Shown here in pieces: positions 1 through 8,034 of a stretch of DNA of 61,173 nucleotides. The stretch spans positions 1 through 61,173 of the forward strand of contig JACRGB010000046.1 in NCBI GenBank assembly GCA_016212505.1, written 5' to 3'. The notes under the pieces were generated by a model that was given only the letters and a program-made list of their open reading frames with translations, ran no database searches and was not told the DNA's origin. Each line of letters opens with the position of its first letter. Position 1 is the first letter of the stretch. The position numbers and the translations under genes were made by a program. Source of the stretch: Candidatus Micrarchaeota archaeon. GTDB lineage: Archaea; Micrarchaeota; Micrarchaeia; Anstonellales; Bilamarchaeaceae.

Positions 1-295
1 AAAAGTTGGATCGTATATGTTGTGATGTCAGGATCAATTAGTTGATCCTGAGCATGCTCGTGATCTTTGCGAAGATCACGACATCGACGCTTCGATCACG
101 ACAGTCAAGAAACGCCATGCGTTTCTTGCCATCCTCGATCAGCTTATTGTTGATCGAGAATAATGGCTGCGCGCTGCGGCAATTGCGTTCCGAAACGCAA
201 TTGGTCGCCTTCGAAGGCGACCGGCTGCCCCGGGGCAGTCGCCGCATATTGGCGGCGCAGCCCGACGTGCCGCTGCTTGAAGCAATTCTACAGAG
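1..295. repeat. Tandem hairpin/palindrome array, family B copy 1 (probably continues past the window start)
   Basis: Stem-loops: TCAGGATCAA-ttag-TTGATCCTGA (28-51), CGTGATCTT-tgcg-AAGATCACG (59-80), CAAGAAACGC-cat-GCGTTTCTTG (106-128), CAATTGCGTT-ccga-AACGCAATTG (180-203). Perfect palindromes at 203-222 and 225-238. Positions 83-132 match the reverse complement of 7400-7450 except in one loop. Confidence 0.9.
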
Positions 296-296
296 C

Positions 297-1475
297 TCAC
301 TTTTCCACCTTGCCGCGTTTTCTAAGCAAATCCACATATAAGCGCACGGTCATATCTGCACTTTTTTCTATAGAATATTTTTCTGAGCTTCTTTGGCCCT
401 CCTTGCCCATTTTCGAGCGTAAATCATCATCCTCGAGCAGTTTTTCCATTGCTTTTGCAAATCTAGGGATATCGCCCGGACGGATCAGCAAACCTGTTTT
501 TCCATGTTCAATTACTTCTATAGGACCAAGCTTGCGGGCGGCAATTACCGGAATCCGGCAGTGCATTGCCTCAACAAAGGTAAGCCCGAAAGTCTCGCTA
601 TCCGATGCCGAAACGAAGACATCTGCAGAGCGATATGCCGCTCCAAGTTCAGATGATGGGACAAATCCAGTAAATACAATATTTTTTATCCCCAAGGCAT
701 GGGCAAGTTTCCTGAATTCTGAAACGTAAGGCCCGCCGCCAACTATAAGAAGAATGCGGTCAGGTGCTTCGACCAGGCTAAAAGCGTGTATGAGCTGGTC
801 GATCCGTTTCTCAAAACTTATCCTGCCCACATAAACAATGGTTTTCTTATTTTTGGGATTATACTTGCGCCTAAAAGCGCGGATTTGGTCGGCAGTGCAG
901 TCAAATTTGGAAAACTCGATCCCATTAAGCAGTAGAAGCGCGTTTTTGAGCCCGTAAGAGTTAAGTTCATCCACAAGCTTTTGTGTAGGCGCGGTGACGA
1001 TATCTGCCATTGTAAATGCGTGTTTTATGAGTTTTTTTACGGTGTAGTTGCTCAGTTCCTTAAGGAATGAAGGCAATTTGCGGTTCAAGAGGTGCGGAAC
1101 ATAATCCGGAAAATGGGTGTGGTAGGTTATTATGCAGGGCAGATTATGCTGCTTCGCCGCTATGACCCCCTGAAGGGCAAGAAGTACCGGTGCATGCGAA
1201 TGGACCAGATCAGGATTCTCTTTTTTTAGCAGGTCAGAGACTTTTTTGTAATTTATCGAAGAAATCCGATAACCACTATAGAATGGGAATGGTATCGAAT
1301 GGATCCAGTATATTTTGAAATTTTCCGAAAGCTGCTCCACCTTAAATGAGCCGCCACTTGGGGCAAAAAGTACGATCTGATGGTCCTTGGACAGTAATTT
1401 TATCAGGTCAACAAGGTAGGACACCACGCCATTTGTCTGTGGCAGGTAGGTATCAGTAAAGAAGGCGATTTTCAT
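297..1475 (-). CDS. Glycosyltransferase family 4 (GT-B)
   Basis: MKIAFFTDTYLPQTNGV N-terminus, HSHAP, YVGRISFEKRID, and the ETFGLTFVEAM GT4 signature. Start moved to ATG 1475 because the ORF-track extension runs into a hairpin array. Confidence 0.93.
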   Translation of the reverse strand: MKIAFFTDTYLPQTNGVVSYLVDLIKLLSKDHQIVLFAPSGGSFKVEQLSENFKIYWIHSIPFPFYSGYRISSINYKKVSDLLKKENPDLVHSHAPVLLALQGVIAAKQHNLPCIITYHTHFPDYVPHLLNRKLPSFLKELSNYTVKKLIKHAFTMADIVTAPTQKLVDELNSYGLKNALLLLNGIEFSKFDCTADQIRAFRRKYNPKNKKTIVYVGRISFEKRIDQLIHAFSLVEAPDRILLIVGGGPYVSEFRKLAHALGIKNIVFTGFVPSSELGAAYRSADVFVSASDSETFGLTFVEAMHCRIPVIAARKLGPIEVIEHGKTGLLIRPGDIPRFAKAMEKLLEDDDLRSKMGKEGQRSSEKYSIEKSADMTVRLYVDLLRKRGKVEK

Positions 1476-1488
1476 TTTTTCACCCAGA

Positions 1489-1740
1489 AAAAATGGAAAA
1501 ACTTGAACTTGTTCAAGCTGATTTTCATTTTCGACACCTCGAGGACAAAGTTTCACAAACTTTGTCCGCATTGGAATTATACAAATTCCAATACAAGGAC
1601 AAATTTCGCAAAATTTGTACGGTGGAAAAATTTAACGAATTTTTCCATAAGCGAACAAAGTTCGCTACTATTTGGAAATTCTCATAGAATTTACAAGACA
1701 AAAATGGAAAGATTTGAATGTAATTCAAATAGATTTTCAT
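1489..1740. repeat. Tandem hairpin array, family A copy 1, bounded by ~40-nt imperfect direct repeats
   Basis: Hairpins GGACAAAGTTT-cac-AAACTTTGTCC (1543-1567), ATTGGAATT-ataca-AATTCCAAT, ACAAATTT-cgca-AAATTTGT, GGAAAAATT-taacg-AATTTTTCC, GCGAAC-aaa-GTTCGC. Flanks AAAATGGAAA..TTGAA..TTCAA..GATTTTCAT at 1489-1528 and 1700-1740. Confidence 0.88.
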
Positions 1741-1743
1741 CTC

Positions 1744-2895
1744 TCAGCCCCCAGTTGATGAATTGGAAACATTTGATGAGTTTGAGTTAATTCCCGGAGC
1801 AGGGACAGGTTTGACTGCCGAAGCGCTCAGGCAGTTCTGGACTTTGGCACTATCAATAACCTTAGCGCAATAAGTCTTATCCTTGTATGCGCCTGCAAGT
1901 TCAATATAGCAATCGTCTTTGAAAGAGGAATCAGTTATTCCATCGCAGAGGCTAACATCCTTAGTTAGCGGAACCAACGAAACAAAGCAGCGGTCTTTTT
2001 TCTTATCAAGAAGAGTACAGACATTTTTATTTTCCAATTGCAATGCTAATTCCAAAACGCATCCTTCCCGCTCAGCCTTAACGTAGCAGCCAAGAATATT
2101 CTGCTCGTCCTGTTTTTCCAGGAGAAGGGTGGGGACAACATCTGCTGTTGCATTAGCAGGAGGCACAATTGGATCCAAACCAGTGGTCTTGAATTCTAAA
2201 ATCTTGTAGTTTGATGTGTGGGAGAGGTTATTGAGCGAGTAGGATAAGGACCGCACGTATTTGCCGCTTTTTGGGTCAAGACAAAGGGAAACGTTGAATG
2301 TTTTTGGTGAATCCGGGCCGATCCCGAACCGTACCGCTTCATCGTTTGTAAGGTTGGTATAATCCACCAAATAATTGACTTCGCTGCAAGGCGTACCATC
2401 GATGGTGATATTGGCGATGTCCGGACTTAACAACACATATCTGTTGTTCAGTATATACTCGAAGTTGGTCTTATGGATGGCGATATTATCCTTGCTCAGG
2501 AATATGGCGCGCAATGATTGTACGTAATTTGACAGTGAGGGGGTGGATGAGCCTGAACCACAGACATCTGGTCCGCCATAGGCCATGCAGATAACCGTAT
2601 CATTGTCAGTAAAATAGATTTTTTGTTTTGAAAGCGGATTCTCGATCGATAAGAAACTTAAATTGCCCAATTTTTCGCTTTTGTAAAGCGTGGTGTAGCC
2701 GTCAGAGGATTGGCTAAAGGAGTAATAGTAGTTTGTCGCATCGGACCCAAATTCCATTGCCTTCATTACAATAGCGAGAGCCGCATCGGTGCTCTTGGGC
2801 CCGGGTTTTGGGGCGCTCGAGGTATAAGCAATATAAATTGCAAAGGCCGCCACAATTAAAGTTACTGCTAATAAGATTTTTTCGGTGTTCTCCAT
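1744..2895 (-). CDS. Membrane-anchored extracellular protein with C-terminal Cys-rich helical repeats
   Basis: N-terminal TM/signal segment (ILLAVTLIVAAFAIYIAY), many N-x-S/T sequons, and repeated C..L/I....D.C(F/Y) units near the C-terminus. Family not recognised. Confidence 0.8.
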   Translation of the reverse strand: MENTEKILLAVTLIVAAFAIYIAYTSSAPKPGPKSTDAALAIVMKAMEFGSDATNYYYSFSQSSDGYTTLYKSEKLGNLSFLSIENPLSKQKIYFTDNDTVICMAYGGPDVCGSGSSTPSLSNYVQSLRAIFLSKDNIAIHKTNFEYILNNRYVLLSPDIANITIDGTPCSEVNYLVDYTNLTNDEAVRFGIGPDSPKTFNVSLCLDPKSGKYVRSLSYSLNNLSHTSNYKILEFKTTGLDPIVPPANATADVVPTLLLEKQDEQNILGCYVKAEREGCVLELALQLENKNVCTLLDKKKDRCFVSLVPLTKDVSLCDGITDSSFKDDCYIELAGAYKDKTYCAKVIDSAKVQNCLSASAVKPVPAPGINSNSSNVSNSSTGG

Positions 2896-3066
2896 AACGA
2901 TCTACCCAATTATCTAATCAAGTATTTATCCAATTATCTTCCTAATTACCTGCAATTACCTGCCAATAGTAAGCTAGTACTACACAAATACGGTTTATAA
3001 GGATTTTCGATGTATATAGCACCAACTAAATTCTTAAAAATTAAAAAAGAGTGTGAATACTATGGC

Positions 3067-3146
3067 TTTGAAATTTTGAAAAAATTTCAAATAGGACAAA
3101 TTTTCGCAAAAATTTGTCCGCATGGTAAATTATCAAATTTACCATA
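3067..3146. repeat. Tandem hairpin array, family A copy 2
   Basis: TTTGAAATTT-tgaaa-AAATTTCAAA, GGACAAATTTT-cgc-AAAATTTGTCC, ATGGTAAATT..AATTTACCAT. Same GGACAAA..TTTGTCCGCAT module as 1543-1571. Confidence 0.82.
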
Positions 3147-3185
3147 CAATAAAAATTTATTATTAAAATATGAGGTGAAATTTTT

Positions 3186-3620
3186 ATGGCTATGTGGGAT
3201 TCTAAAAACAACAAGGAAACAACCGTTAGTGCTACTGGTTCTGAAGTAAAAAGTACCAATCCATTCTCAATTCAGCTGTCTTTCTCGCCGCTAAGGCTTT
3301 CGTCAAATAGGATGAATTCGATTAATCTGGTTGTCAGGGTCAAAAACATTTCAAACGAAGCGCAGCTAGTATCTGTTGATGCCATGCTTCCAAGAAATTG
3401 TATGCTTGGATTCGACCAAGCATGCATAAACAAAACAACTGAAAAGCGCAGCGGTGAACTGGCACCAGGTGCGTTCAAGGACGTCCAGATCGAGATCTGG
3501 GCAAATAACCAGACCAAAAGCGGAAATTACCCAGTGGAAGTAACTGCTTTTGCCCATTATGTCGGATATGAAAAAGTAATTGGATACATTAAGAAGGGGA
3601 CTTCACTGCGAGTAGTTTGA
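3186..3620 (+). CDS. Hypothetical protein, probable Ig-like beta-sandwich
   Basis: 144-aa ORF after GAGGTGA RBS. Alternating beta-strand pattern (LVVRVKN, VQIEIWA, YPVEVTA). Confidence 0.75.
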   Translation: MAMWDSKNNKETTVSATGSEVKSTNPFSIQLSFSPLRLSSNRMNSINLVVRVKNISNEAQLVSVDAMLPRNCMLGFDQACINKTTEKRSGELAPGAFKDVQIEIWANNQTKSGNYPVEVTAFAHYVGYEKVIGYIKKGTSLRVV

Positions 3621-3660
3621 AATTTTTTTAAAAAGTTGGAGTCTAACCGAACACAATCAG

Positions 3661-3921
3661 TTACCCCGGCAATAAGTTCTTCAGTTCGTCAATCGCTTTT
3701 GCAACCGCCATCCCCTTATCGGTTAATTTTACCATCCGCTTGTTTCCTTTTGGTTCAATAGTCAGCAGGCCTTTTTCAGCAAGTAGCGGAATTAACTGAC
3801 TAATATATACGTAGGTGGTATCGCTTTGTTTTGCCAGTTTTGACATATGCCAACTACTTTCAGGTTCGCGCAAAAGCAGCATTATTTTACAGGGTTTGGG
3901 CCGGGCAAATATTGAAAACAT
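3661..3921 (-). CDS. Winged helix-turn-helix DNA-binding protein
   Basis: 86 aa; MSKLAKQSDTTYVYISQLIPLLAEKGLL..VKLTDKG wHTH pattern. Confidence 0.8.
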   Translation of the reverse strand: MFSIFARPKPCKIMLLLREPESSWHMSKLAKQSDTTYVYISQLIPLLAEKGLLTIEPKGNKRMVKLTDKGMAVAKAIDELKNLLPG

Positions 3922-4086
3922 GAACTAAACAGGACAGTATAATTTATAAAAACAGCACGCAAAACCTCGTAAAAATGGCATTTTTCGACGATAGCTTTAT
4001 AAAACATATCTCGGAAATACAGCTCGCGTCAATAAACAAGAGGCGCGAGTTAACCCGATAAAAAGGGATAAATGGAAGGTGACTTA

Positions 4087-4299
4087 ATGGCAGATAAAGT
4101 AGGAAGTGAAAAAATCTCAACGGAAAATGGATACCTATACTACGTCGGAAAAGACGGATATGTTTGGGCATCCCCAATGAAGCACAACAAGAAAGGAAAG
4201 AAGAAGAAAGTCGGCTCTGAGAAGATAGGAAAAGAAAAAGGATACATGTACTTCGTCAGGGGCGGATACGTTTACAAGACAAAAATGAAAAACTCATAG
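4087..4299 (+). CDS. Small very basic protein with internal duplication (possible nucleic-acid-binding protein)
   Basis: GAAGGTGA RBS before ATG 4087. Two repeats, KVGSEKISTENGYLYYVGKDGYVW and KVGSEKIGKEKGYMYFVRGGYVY, joined by a Lys run. Followed by a long T-tract. Confidence 0.8.
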   Translation: MADKVGSEKISTENGYLYYVGKDGYVWASPMKHNKKGKKKKVGSEKIGKEKGYMYFVRGGYVYKTKMKNS

Positions 4300-4300
4300 A

Positions 4301-4345
4301 AGTTTTTCTCTTTTTTTTCTTTTTATTTTCTTTTTTGATTTTTAT
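4301..4345 (+). terminator. T-rich intrinsic terminator region
   Basis: Several T5-T7 tracts directly after the stop codon at 4299. Confidence 0.55.
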
Positions 4346-4374
4346 TTATTCTTGATTTATTTAAGAACACTAAA

Positions 4375-5088
4375 TTATTCCGAATTTTGATGATCAAGCT
4401 CTGGGGCAATCAGGCGGGTTTTAACCTTTTCAGCAAAAGCAGGGTCGCTAATAAAGTCGATCGGCGCGCTCCTTGCATGATGACTTTCGACAATAAATGG
4501 GATAGCGTCAGGATCGAATTCCATCAGAGATAGCAAGTGGTTAAGACTTGAATGGAAAGAAGGGTCGTGAGATTGCCATTTGCCATCGACCTGGACTTCA
4601 ACCCACCAGTGACTATCATCCTCATCATCACCGAAAAAATGCGGGTGGCCCACCACACGAGCAGGCATCGAGTTTGCTCGGCAGACTGCTACCATTATAG
4701 AAGCACGATCGAAACACTGGCCGAGCCCGGAAACAAGCGCTTCGCTGGGGCTATCAGTAGCTGAGACAGGGTTACTAAACTGAGTAACAGCAAAAGCAAT
4801 TGAAAGGGTAAGTTCCGAAAGCCCCTCAACACTAAGACGCCGAATTGAGGATGGAAGGTTTGCAGTTTCAGGAAATGCATAACCTGGGACTGTGAGATGA
4901 CCATCCAATGCATCCATCACGCTATGAAATTGATCTGGGTCTGCCAGTTTTACAAGATGGGAACGAATCACATACGTATCTTCCTGGCGGACTGCGTAAA
5001 TCATCCTTTGGCCAATATCCCGGCCGACTGCAGCAGAAACATGATTGAAATCAAGTGAGGTTAAGCCATCAAATTTGCTTTGACACAT
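4375..5088 (-). CDS. Transglutaminase-like (Cys-His-Asp) domain protein
   Basis: GQCFDRASIMVAVCRANSMPARVV ... HWWVEV ... WQSHDPSF. Start codon uncertain. Confidence 0.8.
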   Translation of the reverse strand: MCQSKFDGLTSLDFNHVSAAVGRDIGQRMIYAVRQEDTYVIRSHLVKLADPDQFHSVMDALDGHLTVPGYAFPETANLPSSIRRLSVEGLSELTLSIAFAVTQFSNPVSATDSPSEALVSGLGQCFDRASIMVAVCRANSMPARVVGHPHFFGDDEDDSHWWVEVQVDGKWQSHDPSFHSSLNHLLSLMEFDPDAIPFIVESHHARSAPIDFISDPAFAEKVKTRLIAPELDHQNSE

Positions 5089-5323
5089 TGTAAACCAAAG
5101 TCTATTGGTTGAACCAGGAGGAGGTTGTCTTAAAAGTCGTTGCAGGTTGTCTTTTGTGTTTAGAATAGTTTAAAATCCATTGCAACACAGAGGAGCCAAT
5201 AATTTTAAAGCCAATCCTTCATTATCTTTCTTCTATTCTAAGCATGAGACATACTCATGGTTTTGGGGTGAAGCACTTTTGCCGTCAGAAAAGAGATGAC
5301 AAAAGGGCTCTTGAGGTGAATGA

Positions 5324-5710
5324 ATGCGAATTGTAATTAGTGAAGCTACTGGAAAGAGCTATCAGGCTGAAATTCCGAAGGACAAGGAAGCTATGATAGC
5401 AGGAAAGAAGATAGGCGAAAAGATAGAGGGAAACCTCGTTGGCGCAGCAGGATACATGCTGCAGTTAACTGGTGGAAGCGACGGCAGTGGATTCCCTATG
5501 AGGGAGGAAGTTGCAGGATCAGCCAGAAAATCAATATTGACCAGTGATGGCGTCGGTATGAAGGCAGAACGAAAGGGCGAGCGGAAGAGGAAAAATCTAA
5601 GGGGAAACACGTATTCTTCTGAAATCATGCAGGTTAATGCAAAAGTCGTAGCTGGAGGAGCAACACCACTTGAGCAACTCTTTCCAAAGAAGGAAGCAGT
5701 GAAGAAATGA
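5324..5710 (+). CDS. rps6e: 30S ribosomal protein S6e
   Basis: LTGGSDGSGFPMR and GERKRKNLRGN motifs. Confidence 0.96.
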   Translation: MRIVISEATGKSYQAEIPKDKEAMIAGKKIGEKIEGNLVGAAGYMLQLTGGSDGSGFPMREEVAGSARKSILTSDGVGMKAERKGERKRKNLRGNTYSSEIMQVNAKVVAGGATPLEQLFPKKEAVKK

Positions 5711-6900
5711 CGCAAGCTGAAATGAATCTAGGCATGCTGGGGCATGTCGACCATGGTAAAACCACCTTAACAGAAAAATTAACTGGAAAGTGGACCGACA
5801 CACATAGCGAAGAAATAAAGCGGGGCATCTCCATTCGGCTCGGTTATGCTGATGCTTATATTTACCATTGTGCAAAGTGCGACTTATTTTCAACAGAAGC
5901 AAAATGCCCAAAATGCAGCGGAAAAACGAAATTACTTAGGAAAATATCGATAGTGGACGCACCAGGCCACGAAACTCTGATGACTACGGTTATTGCAGCT
6001 ACAAGCATATTGAATGGAGTATTATTTCTCATAGCTGCAAACGAGCCTTGCCCGCAGCCCCAGACAAATGAGCATTTGCTTGTCCTAAATGCCACAGGAA
6101 TAAAAAATATCATAGTAGTCCAGACCAAAGTCGATTTGGTTAGTAAAGAAAAGGCAATTGAAAGCTATAACCAGATAAAGCAATTCCTTAAGGGTTCGGT
6201 TGCAGAAAATGCACCGATTGTCCCGGTCTCGGCAAATTATAACCTGAATATCGATGCATTACTAAAAACGATAAGCCAGGTCATGACCACGCCAAAATAC
6301 GATGATAGCGCACAACTTAGGATGTATGTTTCACGTTCTTTTGATGTTAATAAGCCGGGCGCGGAAATTAGCGCGCTAAATGGCGGCGTGCTTGGAGGTT
6401 CCATAGTTCAGGGATTGTTGAAAATCGGGGATGAACTTGAGATAAAGCCGGGCGTAATAAAAAAGGAAGGCGCAAAGCCATCAGCATTGAATTGCAAGGT
6501 AAAATTACTCATGGAAGAAACAGAAAAATTGGAAGTTGCTCGACCAGGGGGCTTAGTAGCAATAGGAACAACGCTCGATCCTTCATTGACAAAGGCAGAT
6601 GCATTAGTTGGCGCGGTTGTGGGCAGAAAGGGGGAAGTCCCGGACCCAGCCGAGATCGTAAAAGTAAAGTATACGCTCCTTACTAGGAAAGACATAGAAA
6701 ACCCTCCGTTAAGGGAAAGCGAGCCGGTAGTGGTTAATGTCCATACCTCAACAGCCGTTGGATTTGTTTCTGGGATAGCGAAAGGGATCGCAACGATAAA
6801 GCTGAAAAAATCGACGGTCGTGTATAAGGACATGCATGTTGCGCTTTCAAGAAGGTTCGGGCAAAGGTGGAGACTCTCTGCCTGGGGAACGATTGTTTAA
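5707..6900 (+). CDS. eif2g: Translation initiation factor aIF2 subunit gamma
   Basis: GHVDHGKTT, EEIKRGISIRLGY, Cys knuckle, DAPGHE, QPQTNEH, RRFGQRWRL. ATGA overlap with rps6e. Confidence 0.97.
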   Translation: MTQAEMNLGMLGHVDHGKTTLTEKLTGKWTDTHSEEIKRGISIRLGYADAYIYHCAKCDLFSTEAKCPKCSGKTKLLRKISIVDAPGHETLMTTVIAATSILNGVLFLIAANEPCPQPQTNEHLLVLNATGIKNIIVVQTKVDLVSKEKAIESYNQIKQFLKGSVAENAPIVPVSANYNLNIDALLKTISQVMTTPKYDDSAQLRMYVSRSFDVNKPGAEISALNGGVLGGSIVQGLLKIGDELEIKPGVIKKEGAKPSALNCKVKLLMEETEKLEVARPGGLVAIGTTLDPSLTKADALVGAVVGRKGEVPDPAEIVKVKYTLLTRKDIENPPLRESEPVVVNVHTSTAVGFVSGIAKGIATIKLKKSTVVYKDMHVALSRRFGQRWRLSAWGTIV

Positions 6901-7004
6901 TTTAAGAAATTTGAATTCAAGAAATCACATTGACTGAACTAAGGAAATAGGGTGGAAAAATAAAAGTAATCTCTGATGCTTATGGAGGAAGAGTAAAAAG
7001 AGAT

Positions 7005-7376
7005 TTGCATGCAGAACTTCGAAGATTTAGAGATCTTCTTGAGCGTGATGGAAACGGAAACCCTACTTTTGTTTTAGGTCATCAGGCAGAAAAGATGGTT
7101 CAGGCAGTTATGAATCGCGGTAATGAGTCAGCCAGAAAGTTATTCGAAGCAAATTTATTGACTAGAGATCTGGCACTTAGTGAACCTGAATCAGGTTTGT
7201 TAACCGTTTCAAGTGCAAAAAATACTTTTGTTGATGCATTAAATGCCTTGGAAACGGAAGGAATCGTTTCTACGATAAGAAGGGTATTGACGATAATACC
7301 AAAAGTATTTGCTGCTCTGGCAGAAGCAGGATGCGGATATGAACCTAGTTCTGGAGAAAGGGAAATGGATAATTAA
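7005..7376 (+). CDS. Hypothetical protein
   Basis: 123-aa ORF filling the gap after eif2g. TTG start uncertain; no motif recognised. Confidence 0.5.
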   Translation: MHAELRRFRDLLERDGNGNPTFVLGHQAEKMVQAVMNRGNESARKLFEANLLTRDLALSEPESGLLTVSSAKNTFVDALNALETEGIVSTIRRVLTIIPKVFAALAEAGCGYEPSSGEREMDN

Positions 7377-7381
7377 ATGAA

Positions 7382-7693
7382 TGTGACCGAAGAGACCCCA
7401 TGGCAAGAAACGCGCTAGCGTTTCTTGACTGTCGTGATCGAAGCGTCGATCACAACACTGCAAGCACTCGCCATTTGATGGCTTGTTCATGGCCGAAGTG
7501 TCGGCCATGGCACACACGCGAAATGCAGGGCATTTCGCTCGTGCGGTCGCTTCGCGACGTGGGGTACTTTGAGAACGACGATTCGTTCTCAAACCCTCAG
7601 GAACATTGGTAATGTTCCTGAAGTCCCTCATTCGGTCACAACTTTCCAAATTGGATCGCCGCAAGCGGCGGGGTATTCGACCCAATTTGGAAA
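7382..7693. repeat. Tandem hairpin array, family B copy 2, MITE-like with 10-bp terminal inverted repeats
   Basis: TGTGACCGAA (7382-7391) / TTCGGTCACA (7631-7640) enclose hairpins at 7404-7427, 7434-7453, 7488-7509, 7518-7538, 7568-7593 and 7597-7621. A further 12-bp stem follows (7643-7654/7682-7693). Confidence 0.9.
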
Positions 7694-7796
7694 TAAAATA
7701 ATACCTCATTTTTAAAATCTTCTTCAGAATATTAATTATCGAATTTTGAGTAAAATCAGAACTCTAGACTGTGAACCGGGAACAGAAAACATTACT

Positions 7797-7937
7797 GCTG
7801 GGGTCGCCTAGCCCGGTATGGCGGCAGGTTGCTAGTGCCTTTTAGTAAAAGGCACCCCAAAACGGGGTTGCTATTGCTAAGGCATGTGGAAACCTGTTGC
7901 GCGTGAGCGTTCGGGAGTTCAAATCTCCCCCCTAGCG
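7797..7937 (+). tRNA. trnS: tRNA-Ser(GCT) with 57-nt intron at 37/38 (7835-7891)
   Basis: Acceptor GCTGGGG/CCCTAGC, anticodon stem GCAGG/CCTGT, anticodon GCT at 7831-7833, long variable arm GCGC-GTGA-GCGT, T-arm GGGAG-TTCAAAT-CTCCC, discriminator G, no encoded CCA. Confidence 0.93.
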
Positions 7938-7997
7938 AACGAAGTGAGCTGGGGGGGTACTTGAACGAATCGTCGTTCAAGAAGACCCCCCTAGCGA
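7927..7997. repeat. 12-bp duplication of the tRNA-Ser 3' end around a hairpin insert
   Basis: CCCCCCTAGCGA at 7927-7938 and 7986-7997. Between them lie GCTGGGGGGG and TTGAACGA-atcg-TCGTTCAA. Confidence 0.8.
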
Positions 7998-8034
7998 CCT
8001 ACTTTTTGTTATTAATTTTAGCCCAACTAAAAAA

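Noticed and set aside
38-729. ORF-track ORFs 38..337, 42..341, 163..729
   Set aside because: They cross a GC-rich palindrome array or run antisense to the GT4 gene; no RBS or recognisable motif.
1489-1740. CRISPR array interpretation of the hairpin arrays
   Set aside because: There are no identical 25-45 nt repeats with regular unique spacers, the units are different palindromes, and no cas genes are in the window.
1476-1790. N-terminal extension of GT4 and ORFs 1493..1687, 1503..1790, 1525..1740
   Set aside because: All lie in hairpin array A1; the GT4 family N-terminus begins at MKIAFF (1475).
7239-7709. ORFs 7239..7709 and 7400..7612; SRP or RNase P RNA
   Set aside because: The ORFs overlap the palindrome array. 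I did not find the SRP helix-8 (GCCAGGCCCGGAAGGGAGCA-like) or RNase P (GAGGAAAGTCC) motifs. An Rfam search is needed to exclude them fully.
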